From the NCBI GenBank assembly GCA_963666485.2, contig CAXXUO010000002.1, forward strand, positions 288,001 through 352,000: a DNA stretch of 64,000 nucleotides, given 5' to 3'. The position numbers and the translations under genes were made by a program. This DNA is from Syntrophorhabdaceae bacterium. GTDB lineage: Bacteria > Desulfobacterota > Syntrophorhabdia > Syntrophorhabdales > Syntrophorhabdaceae. How positions within the stretch are numbered: position 1 is the first letter of the stretch; each line of letters opens with the position of its first letter. Of the stretch, positions 1 to 9,809 are shown piece by piece. The notes beneath the pieces are model-generated. The model did not search any database and was not told the DNA's origin. It saw only the letters and a list, made by a program, of their open reading frames with translations.

Positions 1-1201
1 CATTGTCGACGAGGAATGTATTGGGTTTGTAGGTTTTGTAAAGACGGCAGAACCACAGCTTGTAAATGCCGTTGTCGAGAACGACGATATCCTCTTCGTC
101 GAGAACGTCCCTGACATGCCGGACCACGTCCCGCGGCTGAAGCGGGAATCGAGCCTCGATCTGCCCTTCCAGCTTCCCGCTTAAGAAAGCCCGTACAGCG
201 GGGTATATCTCATCGTTTCTCCGCGGCGTGATCTGCGCCTCGAGCATGCGAAGGGCCGAAGCGACATCCCCCGTCACCTCGAGGACCGGGTTGTAGTATT
301 TATCCAGTTCAGCCCCGGAAAAGTCGATGTGGACGATCTTCTTGTCGAGGTTCCTGTTCCATACGTATGGCGGGTACTCCACGATGTTGTAGCCGATCGT
401 GATGACGACATCCGCCCGGTCGATGCCGCAGCTCACAAAATCGCGGCGATGTATCCCCGTACTGAAAAGGCTGTATTCCGATGCGTCGGAGAGCACGCCT
501 TTGCCCATCTGGGTATGAACTGCATAGACCCCCGTGTTCTCGACGAACGAGGCCAACTCCCCGGTGATACGGTTTCGATTGGCACCCCCGGACAGGAGAA
601 TGAGCGGGTGGCGCGCTCCGTTAATGAATCCGGCGGCAAGGGCCACGGCCTTCGTGTCCGGGGCAGATCGCCGGGCAATGCCCGGCGGCTGTACGACCGC
701 ACCGGTATCATCCTCAGCCACATCCTCGGGCAGTTCGATATGTACCGCACCCGGCCGCTCGGCCTCGGCAAGTTTGAAGGCGTTGCGCACGACCGTTGCG
801 ACCGTGCCCGGATCGACGACGGAGGTGGAATCCTTGGTGATCGGCGACATGAGGCCCACGACATCGATGAGCTGAAAACGCGCCTGCCTGTTGTCCCGCA
901 AGGCCTTCTGCCCCGTGATGGCCACGAGGGGTGCGCCGATGAGCTGTGCGTGGGCAATGCCGGTAACGAGGTTCGTCGCGCCCGGGCCTAAGGTCGAGAA
1001 ACAGACGCCTGCCTTCCCCGTCAGCCGCCCGTACGCGGCGGCCCGGAATGCTGCCGCCTGTTCGTGGCGGGTAATATGCACCTCAATCTTCGATGTGCGC
1101 AGTGACTCGAGAAAAGCGAGGTTCTCTTCACCCGGCAGACCGAAAACATGCCTCACGCCCTCTTCCTCGAGCTGCCTCACCATCAGGTCGGATGCCTTCA
1201 T
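1..1201 (-). CDS. ThDP-dependent acetolactate-synthase-like enzyme (candidate 2-oxoglutarate decarboxylase), 3' end outside window
   Basis: Missing from the ORF track; translated by hand from ATG 1201: MKASDLMVRQLEEEGVRHVFGLPGEENL...RHEQAAAF...STLGPGATNLVTG... and, in the same frame at the window edge, LDNGIYKLWFCRLYKTYKPNTFLVDN. GGGAGG RBS upstream. Confidence 0.9.
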   Translation of the reverse strand, partial: MKASDLMVRQLEEEGVRHVFGLPGEENLAFLESLRTSKIEVHITRHEQAAAFRAAAYGRLTGKAGVCFSTLGPGATNLVTGIAHAQLIGAPLVAITGQKALRDNRQARFQLIDVVGLMSPITKDSTSVVDPGTVATVVRNAFKLAEAERPGAVHIELPEDVAEDDTGAVVQPPGIARRSAPDTKAVALAAGFINGARHPLILLSGGANRNRITGELASFVENTGVYAVHTQMGKGVLSDASEYSLFSTGIHRRDFVSCGIDRADVVITIGYNIVEYPPYVWNRNLDKKIVHIDFSGAELDKYYNPVLEVTGDVASALRMLEAQITPRRNDEIYPAVRAFLSGKLEGQIEARFPLQPRDVVRHVRDVLDEEDIVVLDNGIYKLWFCRLYKTYKPNTFLVDN

Positions 1202-1221
1202 CTGCCCTCCCGGAATATGCA

Positions 1222-2589
1222 CTACTCAAGTACAACGACACTCTTGACGTTCACAAACTCCTTGAAGCCGTAGTGTGACAATTCCCTGCCGACACCGGAG
1301 CGCTTCACGCCGCCGAAGGGCAGCCGGGGATCTGATTTTACAAAATCATTGATCGCAACGACCCCGGCCTCGAGCTGCCCGGCAAGGCGCTCGGCCCTCA
1401 CGAGGTCCCGTGTCCATATCGACGCACCGAGCCCGTACTCGGTCGCGTTGGCGATCCGGACAGCCTCTTCCTCACTGTCGACCACGATGATCGGCGCGAT
1501 CGGCCCGAACACCTCCTCTTTCAAGACCTTCATATCTTCGGCAGGGTTCAAAACAACCGCGGGTGCGAAGAAAAAACCCTTGCTGAACGAATGTTCCCCT
1601 TGTATGACCTCGGCACCCTTTTCCCGGGCATCCTTGAGTTGTTCCTTCAGGTTATCAAGGAAATCTTTCCGGGAAAGCGGGCCAATATCTGTGGCCTCAT
1701 CCATGGGATCGCCGATCTTCAACTGCTGCATGCGTTGAACGAAGATCTTCTGGAACTCACCGGCCACTTTCCTCAAGACGATGAAGCGCTTGGCTGCAAT
1801 GCAGCTCTGGCCGGTGTTTAGCGTCCGGGCTGTCACCGCGGTCTGCGCCGCTCTTTCTATGTCCGCGTCTTCAAGGACGATGAAAGGATCGGAGCCGCCC
1901 AGTTCGAGGACGACCTTCCTGATGTTCCTTCCCGCCGCCTTACCCACCTCAGCACCTGCTCTTACACTTCCGGTCAGGGTAACGGCATCCACTTTATTTT
2001 CATCAAGGAGGGAAAGAGCCTCGGGAGGTTCTACGAACACTGCCTTGAGGACACCGGGAGGGAAGCCCGCCGTGAGGAACGCCGCCTCGATGGCACGGGC
2101 GGTGGCCGGGACGGAAGGCGCATGTTTCAGGATCACGCAGTTGCCGGCAACGATCGCGGGTATCCCGAACCGGAAGACCTGCCAGAACGGGAAGTTCCAG
2201 GGCATGATGGCCAGAACGATCCCCAGCGGGTCGAACCGTATGTAGCTCCTCTTCGCCTCGGTCTTTATCTCTTCGGGACGCAGCACGGCCGCCGCGTTCT
2301 CCGAAAGATAATCGCACAGCCACGCGCACTTCTCGATCTCACTCAGAGCCTCGCGGATAGGCTTGCCCATCTCCCGGGTGATAAGCCCCGCGTACTTCCG
2401 CTTTTCTTCACGCAGGCGGGCCGCCAGCCGCCGCACGCAGGCCACTCTTCCCTCCAGGGGTACAGTGCGCCAGGCGGTGAAAGCTGCGCGGCATCGGGCC
2501 GTCGCCTCGTCAAGCTCCGCTTTTGTCATGAGGGGGAATTCTTCAACAACGTCTTCGGTATAGGGGTTGATCGACTGCATCTTTCCCAT
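1222..2589 (-). CDS. NAD(P)-dependent succinate-semialdehyde dehydrogenase (Sad/GabD1-type ALDH)
   Basis: ALDH motifs [27 protein letters not shown], catalytic [32 protein letters not shown]; start moved to MGKMQSINP after a GAAAGGA RBS. Confidence 0.92.
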   Translation of the reverse strand: MGKMQSINPYTEDVVEEFPLMTKAELDEATARCRAAFTAWRTVPLEGRVACVRRLAARLREEKRKYAGLITREMGKPIREALSEIEKCAWLCDYLSENAAAVLRPEEIKTEAKRSYIRFDPLGIVLAIMPWNFPFWQVFRFGIPAIVAGNCVILKHAPSVPATARAIEAAFLTAGFPPGVLKAVFVEPPEALSLLDENKVDAVTLTGSVRAGAEVGKAAGRNIRKVVLELGGSDPFIVLEDADIERAAQTAVTARTLNTGQSCIAAKRFIVLRKVAGEFQKIFVQRMQQLKIGDPMDEATDIGPLSRKDFLDNLKEQLKDAREKGAEVIQGEHSFSKGFFFAPAVVLNPAEDMKVLKEEVFGPIAPIIVVDSEEEAVRIANATEYGLGASIWTRDLVRAERLAGQLEAGVVAINDFVKSDPRLPFGGVKRSGVGRELSHYGFKEFVNVKSVVVLE

Positions 2590-2594
2590 TTTTA

Positions 2595-3830
2595 TCATCC
2601 TTTCGGTGCATCTCTTTTTTCTACAGGCTCGTAGACGCATCCCGTCTTGCCGCAGTAGTGGCCGACATACTCGGATAAAGGCCGGTAGAGGGCGGGCTTT
2701 TCCTGCGCGTCGGCGAATTTCTCCTCGATGACGTGCGCCGTCCAGCCCGCGACCCGTGCGACCGCAAAGACCGCAGTCATGAGGTCGATCGGGATACCTA
2801 AGAAATGGTACACAGAGCCGCTCCAGAAATCAACATTGGGCCTGACCGTCTTCTTGCCCCGCGCGGCAAGCTCGGCGGTCGCCGCCGTCTCGATCCCGGA
2901 GAGAAGCCCGCACCAATCGTCCCCGTGAAACCTTTTCCCGAGGGTGAAGCACATGGACCGCAAAAACGGTGCGCGGGGATCGAGGGTCTTGTACACCGCG
3001 TGGCCGAGGCCCATGATCTTCTCCCCGGCTTCAAGGTGGTCCCGTATCCATCCGGGGATATCTTTCTCTGTGCGAAGCTCGAGGAGCATCTCCATGACCC
3101 GGGCGTTGGCCCCGCCGTGCAGGTCCCCTGAAAGGGCCCCCACTCCCGCGGCGATGGCAGCATACATGTGGGCCCCCGTCGAGGCGACCTCCCGGCAGGC
3201 AAACGTGGACGCATTGAATGAATGGTCGGCATGAACGAGCAGCGCGATATCGAGATCGCGGGCCATTTCGCCGTCGGGCTCTTTGCCGGTGAGCAGCCAC
3301 AGGAAGTTGGCTGCATGCGGCAGGGACCGGTTCGATGGAAGGGGTTCGGCCCCCTGGCGTATCCTGTGCCAGGCGGCCACGATCACGGGCACCCGGGATA
3401 TAAGGCGTATGGCACTGGCCATGTTCGCCTCACGCGATTCATTGCCAAGGTCCGGGTCGATCGTTGCCAGGACCGGGACGGCGGCCTGGAGCACATCCAT
3501 GGGATGGGATTCCCGGGGCAGTTTTTTCAGCACGTCGAAAATGAAGTCAGGCACCGTCCGCGCCTCGACGAGGAGCCCGGAGAACCTCAGGAGCTCATCC
3601 CTGCCGGGAAGTTCGTCATGGTGAAGCAGGTACGCCGTTTCCTCAAACGTCGACTCCCGCGCCAGTTCCTCTATCCGGTATCCCCGGTAGATGAGGGTCC
3701 CGTTCTCACCGTCTACATGGCTGATCTTTGTATCGGCCACGGTAACGCCCCGCAAGCCGATATTCTTAACCCTGACGGTTGTCCCCGTCTTTTCACCTGC
3801 AGATGATGCTGCTCCGGCGGTCTCAGTCAT
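2595..3830 (-). CDS. gltA: citrate synthase (Si-type; citrate/2-methylcitrate synthase family)
   Basis: GLRGV, LIYRGY, HADHSFNASTF, LHGGAN, GLGHAVYK..DPRA, PNVDF, ARVAGW motifs. Confidence 0.93.
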   Translation of the reverse strand: MTETAGAASSAGEKTGTTVRVKNIGLRGVTVADTKISHVDGENGTLIYRGYRIEELARESTFEETAYLLHHDELPGRDELLRFSGLLVEARTVPDFIFDVLKKLPRESHPMDVLQAAVPVLATIDPDLGNESREANMASAIRLISRVPVIVAAWHRIRQGAEPLPSNRSLPHAANFLWLLTGKEPDGEMARDLDIALLVHADHSFNASTFACREVASTGAHMYAAIAAGVGALSGDLHGGANARVMEMLLELRTEKDIPGWIRDHLEAGEKIMGLGHAVYKTLDPRAPFLRSMCFTLGKRFHGDDWCGLLSGIETAATAELAARGKKTVRPNVDFWSGSVYHFLGIPIDLMTAVFAVARVAGWTAHVIEEKFADAQEKPALYRPLSEYVGHYCGKTGCVYEPVEKRDAPKG

Positions 3831-5778
3831 GGCTCCCCCGGTTGTGAAGCAGTTCGTTCTTCACGAAATTCAAGGTCCCTCCCGCCAGCAGGTGCTCACG
3901 CTCACGCCTCGATACATCAAGCAGGACAATGATGGTCTTTCCCGCCGCCTCCACGGGGATCTCCGTGTCACCCAGCTCGATCCTTTCACGCACTTCGGGG
4001 AAGCTGACCTTCGTCCCTTCGGCAAGAAGTTCGTAATCCTCCGGGTCTTCCAGGACAAGCGGCAGGATGCCGAAATTACAGAGATTGGATTTGTGGATGC
4101 GCGCAAAGCTTTTCACTATCTTGGCGCACACACCCAGGTACCGGGGCGCCAGGGCTGCGTGTTCCCGGCTCGATCCCTGGCCGTAGTTCTGGCCTCCCAC
4201 CACGACAACAGTGCCCCGCGCCCTGCAGGCAGCGGCAAAGTCCGGCCGGACCTGTTCGAACACGTGCTGCGCGATCGCTTCGATGTTTGACCGAAGGGGG
4301 AGCACCTCGTTGCCGGCGGGCATGATCGTGTCGGTGGATATGTTGTCGCCCACGCGGAGGACAACCTCGGCCGCAATAAATTCGGGCAAAGGCGCGAGGT
4401 CCGGCAGGGGCTTTATGTTGGGCCCGCGTATGATAGCGGTTCCTCTCCTTTCTTCGGACGGAAAAATAAGGGAACGGTCGTCGGTGAGATATCTCTTCGG
4501 GTCGCGGATGCGCGGGTATGGCATCTCTGACGCGAGGTCGCGGGGATCGGTGATGACGCCCTTCAGGGCGGAAGCTGTCGCCGTCTCCGGCGAGCAGAGA
4601 TAGACCTGATCGTCCCGGGTGCCCGAGCGCCCGGGAAAATTTCTCGGGAAGGTCCTCAAGCTGACCTCACCCGTCCCGGGGGCCTGGCCCATCCCGATGC
4701 ACCCCAGGCAGCCGGGCTCATGAACGCGCGTACCGCCTTTAAGGAATGCCAGCATCCCGTTCTGGCTGGCCACGTTCTCGAGTACCTGGCGGCTGCCGGG
4801 ATTCACATGAAAAGAAACCGCCGGGTGTACGTGCCTGCCCTCGAGGATCTTTGCCGCGACCATCAGGTCCCGGTAGGAGGAATTGACGCTGCTGCCCACG
4901 ATCGCCTGGTCCACTTTTATACCGGCCACCTCGCGCACGGGGACGACGTTGCCGGGTGACACGGGTTTCGCGATAAGCGGCTCGACGGAACTGAGGTCAA
5001 GGGTCATCTCTTCGTCGTACCCTGCGCCCTCATCGGCTGAAAGCTCGTGCCATGATCCGCCGCGGCCCTGTGCTTCGAGGTATGCCCGTGTCCTTGCATC
5101 GGAGGGGAAAACGCTGCTCGTGGCGCCAAGCTCGGCCCCCATGTTGCCTATGGTCTCCCGGTCCGTAGCCGAGAGTGTTGCCACGCCCGGGCCGTAATAT
5201 TCCACGATCTTGCCCACGCAGCCCTTGACACCGAGGCGGCGCAGCATCTCGAGGATGACGTCCTTGGCGCTTACCCAGTCGGGAAGGCTCCCGTCGAGCT
5301 TGACACCCAGCACGCGCGGACAGGGAAGATAATACGGAAAGCCGGCCATGGCGAGGGCCACGTCGAGCCCCCCCGCCCCGATGCCGATCATGGAGACGCC
5401 GGCAGCCCCCGGCGTATGACTGTCCGCACCGAGCAGGGTCTTGCCGGGCGCCCCGAAACGCTCCATGTGGACCTGGTGGGACACGCCGTTGCCCGCCCCG
5501 CTGAAATGAATACCGTAGCGAGCGCAGGCGGTTTGCAGGAACTTGTGGTCGTCGGCGTTCTTGAAGTCCGTGTGCAGGATATTGTGGTCCACGTACTGGA
5601 CCGCCAGTTCCGTCTTGACTGTGTCAAGCCCCAGGGCCTCGAATTCGAGCATGGCAAGGGTCCCCGTGGCATCCTGGAGCAGGGCGTGGTCGATCCTGAT
5701 ACCGATCTCTGCGCCCGGTGCGAGTTTGCCTTCGATGAGATGATCACCGAGTATCTTCTGGACAAGGTTTCGTTTCAT
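3823..5778 (-). CDS. aconitate hydratase
   Basis: QDATGT, DHN, GADSHT, GSSVNSS, CLGCIGMG (Fe-S ligands), RTFPRNF, swivel-domain DNISTD and NYGQGSSREHAALAPR; overlaps the citrate synthase start. Confidence 0.93.
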   Translation of the reverse strand: MKRNLVQKILGDHLIEGKLAPGAEIGIRIDHALLQDATGTLAMLEFEALGLDTVKTELAVQYVDHNILHTDFKNADDHKFLQTACARYGIHFSGAGNGVSHQVHMERFGAPGKTLLGADSHTPGAAGVSMIGIGAGGLDVALAMAGFPYYLPCPRVLGVKLDGSLPDWVSAKDVILEMLRRLGVKGCVGKIVEYYGPGVATLSATDRETIGNMGAELGATSSVFPSDARTRAYLEAQGRGGSWHELSADEGAGYDEEMTLDLSSVEPLIAKPVSPGNVVPVREVAGIKVDQAIVGSSVNSSYRDLMVAAKILEGRHVHPAVSFHVNPGSRQVLENVASQNGMLAFLKGGTRVHEPGCLGCIGMGQAPGTGEVSLRTFPRNFPGRSGTRDDQVYLCSPETATASALKGVITDPRDLASEMPYPRIRDPKRYLTDDRSLIFPSEERRGTAIIRGPNIKPLPDLAPLPEFIAAEVVLRVGDNISTDTIMPAGNEVLPLRSNIEAIAQHVFEQVRPDFAAACRARGTVVVVGGQNYGQGSSREHAALAPRYLGVCAKIVKSFARIHKSNLCNFGILPLVLEDPEDYELLAEGTKVSFPEVRERIELGDTEIPVEAAGKTIIVLLDVSRREREHLLAGGTLNFVKNELLHNRGSHD

Positions 5779-5796
5779 AGCGTCACCGGATATGCA

Positions 5797-6831
5797 TTAC
5801 GTGAAGACACGCCTGTCTATCTCGGACAGGGAGTTGCAGCCCGTCATGATCATCGCTTTCCTTAAATCCTGGGAAAGGAACCGGGCTTCGGCGACGACAC
5901 CGTCCGCCCCGCCTCCTATGGCGGCCCGGATGAATTCCCGGCCCACGCCCACGAAGTCGGCCCCCAGGGCAAGCATTTTCAATACGTCGAAGCCGGTACG
6001 GACACCTCCGTCCGCGCCAATGACCACCTTGCCTTTCAAAATAGGTACCAGCCGCGGCAGGACCTCGGCGATCCCCGGCATGGAATCGAGGATGCGGCCG
6101 CCGTGGTTCGAAACGACGACCATTGTGCAGCCGGTCTCCAGCGTTGCCGCCGCGTCCTCTTCACTTGTGATCCCCTTGAGTATGAAGGGAAGCGATGTGG
6201 CGTGAACCAGTTCTTTCAGTTCAGCTATTGACTTCCGGAAAACGGGCTGGCCTTTCAGGGCCATCACAACGGAGCCTGCACCATCGAGATCGACCCCCAC
6301 GGCAGCCGCCCCGGCTTCTTCGGCCTCCTTGATGACGCGAAGCAGGACAGCTTGCTCACGCGGCTTGAAGATCTGCACGCCCCACCCGCCGGCTTCCCGT
6401 ATCGCCTGCAGCCCGGGCCGGCCCTCAAAAGTTTCGGCGGTATCACCGGCAAATGAGATGGTCCCCGCCGCCTTGCACCCTCCGATCACCGCCCGAAAGA
6501 AGTCGGCTTCACTGATCGCGCCCCCCATGCTGATGTTGACCCCGCTCATGGAGGAACAGTAGATCGGGGCGTTGATCTCGTGCCCGAAAAAAGAAATTTT
6601 CATTTGCGGTTCGGCATGCCCTGAGATCAGGCGGGACTTCAACCGAAGGCGGTCCAGCGCTTCGACATTCGCCGCGAAGGTGAGACCTTTCCCGATCCCT
6701 CCCATCCCCAGGGGCTTGCCATACTTGATGCCCTGGCAGAGCCGGTCCGGCCGGCCGTCACACACCTTGTAAACCGCGCAGTATCCCTTCATCAGTTCCC
6801 GTGCTTTATTCCGGGCATCCGTCAGATCCAT
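5797..6831 (-). CDS. FMN-dependent alpha-hydroxy-acid oxidising enzyme (lactate/glycolate oxidase family)
   Basis: ILKGI, VVSNHGGRILD, DGGVRTGFDVLKMLALGAD; N-terminal CxxxxxCDGxxxxxC; start set to MDLTD after GGGAGG. Confidence 0.88.
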   Translation of the reverse strand: MDLTDARNKARELMKGYCAVYKVCDGRPDRLCQGIKYGKPLGMGGIGKGLTFAANVEALDRLRLKSRLISGHAEPQMKISFFGHEINAPIYCSSMSGVNISMGGAISEADFFRAVIGGCKAAGTISFAGDTAETFEGRPGLQAIREAGGWGVQIFKPREQAVLLRVIKEAEEAGAAAVGVDLDGAGSVVMALKGQPVFRKSIAELKELVHATSLPFILKGITSEEDAAATLETGCTMVVVSNHGGRILDSMPGIAEVLPRLVPILKGKVVIGADGGVRTGFDVLKMLALGADFVGVGREFIRAAIGGGADGVVAEARFLSQDLRKAMIMTGCNSLSEIDRRVFT

Positions 6832-6930
6832 GAGAACCTCCCGAAGTCGCTCGTGCACACGTGCGCCTTCATACGTTCGTACTAAAGTGAACGTAATGCG
6901 TGAGGGCACTGCCGTCAAATTCTTATCGGC

Positions 6931-8232
6931 TTAAGGGAATATCCCGCGAAGCCTCGTGGCCTCTGCGATGCGCCCGATGCTGAGGATGGTTGCCGCCGTC
7001 CGCATGTCCGTGTTGTATCTTTTGGCCAATACTCTGACCTCGCCGAAGGCCCTCAAGAGTATTCTCCTCAGCCGCTGATAGACCTCGTCCGCACTCCAGA
7101 GCAGTTCCTGCAGGTTCTGGACCCACTCGAAATAGGAAACGACGATCCCGCCCGCGTTCGCCAGGATGTCGGGGACGAGAAAGATGTCCCTCTGCCTGAG
7201 TATATCGTCGGCCGCCGGGGTCGTCGGCCCGTTGGCGCCCTCGATGACCATACGGCACCGCAGTTCGGCCGCGTTCTTTTCCGTTATCTGGTTCTCTATT
7301 GCGGCGGGCACCAGGATATCGCATTCCGTCCGAAGGAGTTCTTCATTGCTTATCTCGTCCCCGTCGATCCCGCCCTGCGTGAAACAGCTGCCGTCCGCCT
7401 TGCACGCAAGGGCCTTGGCGACGTTAAGGCCGCGGGGATTATAGATCCCCCCGTTGATATCGGAAATGGCAACCACTCTGGCCCCGGCCCGCATGAAGAG
7501 CCGGGCGGCCGTTCCCCCGACGTTCCCTGCCCCCTGTATCGCCACGGTTGCATCTTTGAGCGCCAGGCCTTTAAGCCGTGCCGCCCTCTCGGCGACGATC
7601 AAAAGGCCCCGGGCGGTCGCTTCCAATCTTCCCCGGGACCCGCCAAGCTCGAGCGGTTTTCCCGTCACGATACCCGGCACCGGGTGGCCGGTCCTTATAC
7701 TGAACGTGTCCATGACCCATGCCATGACCTGGGGGTTTGTTGCAAGGTCGGGGGCAAGTATGTCCGTCTCGGGACCGATGAACGGCGATATCTCCCAGGT
7801 AAAACGGCGCGTCATATTCTCGAGTTCCCGGAGCGACATGGTGCCAGGATCGCATTTCACCCCGCCTTTCGCGCCGCCGAAAGGAACGTTGACGACCGTC
7901 GCCTTCCACGTCATCAGCATGGCGAGGGCCTTCATCTCGTCAAGGTTTATCCCGGGATGGAACCGCAAGCCCCCCTTGAAGGGGCCCCTCGTGTCGTTGT
8001 GCTGCACGCGGTATCCCTCGAAGACGCGGATGCCTCCATCGTCCATCCTGACCGGGAAGTGGACAACGATCTCCCGTTTTGTCTGCTTGATCTTTTCGAG
8101 GATGCCGGGGTCTACGTGAGGCAGGTACCGGGCAGCGGTCTCCACCTGCCGTACGGCCATCTGCGCGAGATTTACCTTTCCGTCGTTCGCGGTCCCCGAT
8201 CTTCTTGCTGATGGTTTCTCTGACAGGGCCAA
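6931..8232 (-). CDS. gdhA: glutamate dehydrogenase (Glu/Leu/Phe/Val dehydrogenase family)
   Basis: GYRVQHN..RGPFKGGLRFHP, VPFGGAKGGV, VTGKP..LGGS.GR..ATARG, QGAGNVG, EGANGP, PDILANAGG.VSYFEWVQN; TTG start after GGAGG. Confidence 0.93.
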   Translation of the reverse strand: MALSEKPSARRSGTANDGKVNLAQMAVRQVETAARYLPHVDPGILEKIKQTKREIVVHFPVRMDDGGIRVFEGYRVQHNDTRGPFKGGLRFHPGINLDEMKALAMLMTWKATVVNVPFGGAKGGVKCDPGTMSLRELENMTRRFTWEISPFIGPETDILAPDLATNPQVMAWVMDTFSIRTGHPVPGIVTGKPLELGGSRGRLEATARGLLIVAERAARLKGLALKDATVAIQGAGNVGGTAARLFMRAGARVVAISDINGGIYNPRGLNVAKALACKADGSCFTQGGIDGDEISNEELLRTECDILVPAAIENQITEKNAAELRCRMVIEGANGPTTPAADDILRQRDIFLVPDILANAGGIVVSYFEWVQNLQELLWSADEVYQRLRRILLRAFGEVRVLAKRYNTDMRTAATILSIGRIAEATRLRGIFP

Positions 8233-8290
8233 AGGACCTCCGGTGATTTACTTCATCTGGCCGCCCATCTTTACACTCTCAGTTCTGAAC

Positions 8291-9535
8291 CTAATATAAG
8301 GCCCGCGTGAAAACCTGCAAGACAGGAGGGTCCTGGCGGGCGCACCCGGCCCGGTAGACGTAGTCGCGCGTCATGGGCAGGGAATTGTTCAATCCGTTGG
8401 AGAACAGTACCTGGTAGAGCCTGATGTCGCCCCAGCGAAAGGATGCGGCGCTGCCGTTCAGGTACATGCGCCACATGCGTACGAACCTCGCATCGAACAT
8501 TCTTTCGATCTCCCTTCTATTCGTCTCGAATCGTGCCGCCCATTCGTCGAGGGTCCTGGCATAGTGGAGGCGAAGGTTCTCGATATCGAGGGGCACGAGC
8601 CCCTTTTTCCCCATGCTGTCGATCACGCGGCCAAGGGGCGGGATATAACCTCCCGGGAAAATATATTTCATCGTCCACGGGTCGCCGGGGCTGTTGTGCT
8701 CTTTGCCGATCGTATGAAGAAGGCCGAGGCCGCCCGGCTTTAACATACTCTTTGCCTTTTCCATGAACAGGGGAATGTAACGTTTCCCCACATGTTCAAA
8801 CATGCCGATGGAAACAAACTTGTCGAACCGGCCGCGGATCTTCCTGTAATCTTCGCGCAGGATGGTGATCTCCTTTTCCAGGCCCTCATCTTTCACCCGC
8901 CGGCTCGCATACTCCTCCTGGTAGCGCGAAAGCGTGCACCCTACCCCGCGGACGCCATAATGGCGTGCGGCATAGAGAAGCATTCCGCCCCAGCCGCAGC
9001 CGACGTCTACGATCGTATCTCCCGCGCGAAGGCACAGCTTTCTGCATATATGTTCGTACTTGTGCCGCTGCGCCTCGTCAAGGGTGTCTTCATCCCTCAT
9101 GAAATAGGCACACGAATACGTCATGCTCTCGTCAAGGTAGAGCCTGTAAAAATCATTGCCGAGATCATAATGATGGGCAATGTGCCCGGGCGCCCTCCTG
9201 AGCGTGTTGAGGGAGGCAATGTATTGAAAGGCTGCGGCCGCTATGGTCTTCGCCGAAAGATTGAAGCCGTGAGAATCCAGACGGATCCCGAGGCGCAGAA
9301 GCTGCTGGAGGTCGCCGTCCACGTCGATAGTGCCGGCGGCATATTCCTCCCTGAACCCCATGGACCCTCGTGACAGGATGACCCTTACCGCCTCCTCGTT
9401 ATTAACTTTAAGGGCAAAGGCAGGCGCGGCGGTGCCGTATCTCTTTGTCTCCCCGTCCCAGAATTCAACGTCGAACGCGGCGTCGGGAAATGCAACGCTC
9501 GCACTTCCCAGCAACTCCTGAAATGTCTTCTTCAT
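8291..9535 (-). CDS. cfa: cyclopropane-fatty-acyl-phospholipid synthase
   Basis: HHYDLGNDFY, MTYSCAYF, DVGCGWGG, SIGMFEHVG, KYIFPGG, HYARTL, RMWRMYL; start set to MKKTF after an ACGGAGA RBS. Confidence 0.93.
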   Translation of the reverse strand: MKKTFQELLGSASVAFPDAAFDVEFWDGETKRYGTAAPAFALKVNNEEAVRVILSRGSMGFREEYAAGTIDVDGDLQQLLRLGIRLDSHGFNLSAKTIAAAAFQYIASLNTLRRAPGHIAHHYDLGNDFYRLYLDESMTYSCAYFMRDEDTLDEAQRHKYEHICRKLCLRAGDTIVDVGCGWGGMLLYAARHYGVRGVGCTLSRYQEEYASRRVKDEGLEKEITILREDYRKIRGRFDKFVSIGMFEHVGKRYIPLFMEKAKSMLKPGGLGLLHTIGKEHNSPGDPWTMKYIFPGGYIPPLGRVIDSMGKKGLVPLDIENLRLHYARTLDEWAARFETNRREIERMFDARFVRMWRMYLNGSAASFRWGDIRLYQVLFSNGLNNSLPMTRDYVYRAGCARQDPPVLQVFTRALY

Positions 9536-9721
9536 GTGCGTCTCCGTAAATAACATCTCACTCCATGGTCCGCTTCCGGGGTCCCGGCAAAATTGCAAAA
9601 TCCCCTATTTGATATAATAATCATGGAAGGACAAAATGCCGCGAATACTCCGTATCGCGGTGCGATATCAAAAAGATCCACCGGCAACTCGACCGAATGT
9701 AAAATGCCTCGCATAAGACGA

Positions 9722-9750
9722 TTGACAACATTCCACAATTCCTATATTTT
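9722..9750 (+). promoter_or_regulatory. sigma70-type promoter of modA (TTGACA-N17-TATTTT)
   Basis: TTGACA at 9722-9727 and TATTTT at 9745-9750 in an AT-rich intergenic region 60 bp before modA. Confidence 0.55.
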
Positions 9751-9754
9751 ATAG

Positions 9755-9778
9755 CGATATATATTACTGAATATAACG
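9755..9778 (+). promoter_or_regulatory. ModE-binding operator
   Basis: CG-A-TATATA-TTACTG-AATATA-A-CG matches the ModE consensus CG-N-TATATA-N6-TATATA-N-CG with one mismatch, directly upstream of modA. Confidence 0.8.
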
Positions 9779-9809
9779 CACGGATTATCTGATCCAAGGA
9801 GGCCCGGCA

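Noticed and set aside
329..991. 220-aa plus-strand ORF and other long shadow ORFs (e.g. 10885-11862, 11934-12746, 35767-36678, 55198-55881)
   Set aside because: They are antisense to well-supported genes and have no recognisable motifs, as expected in GC-rich DNA.
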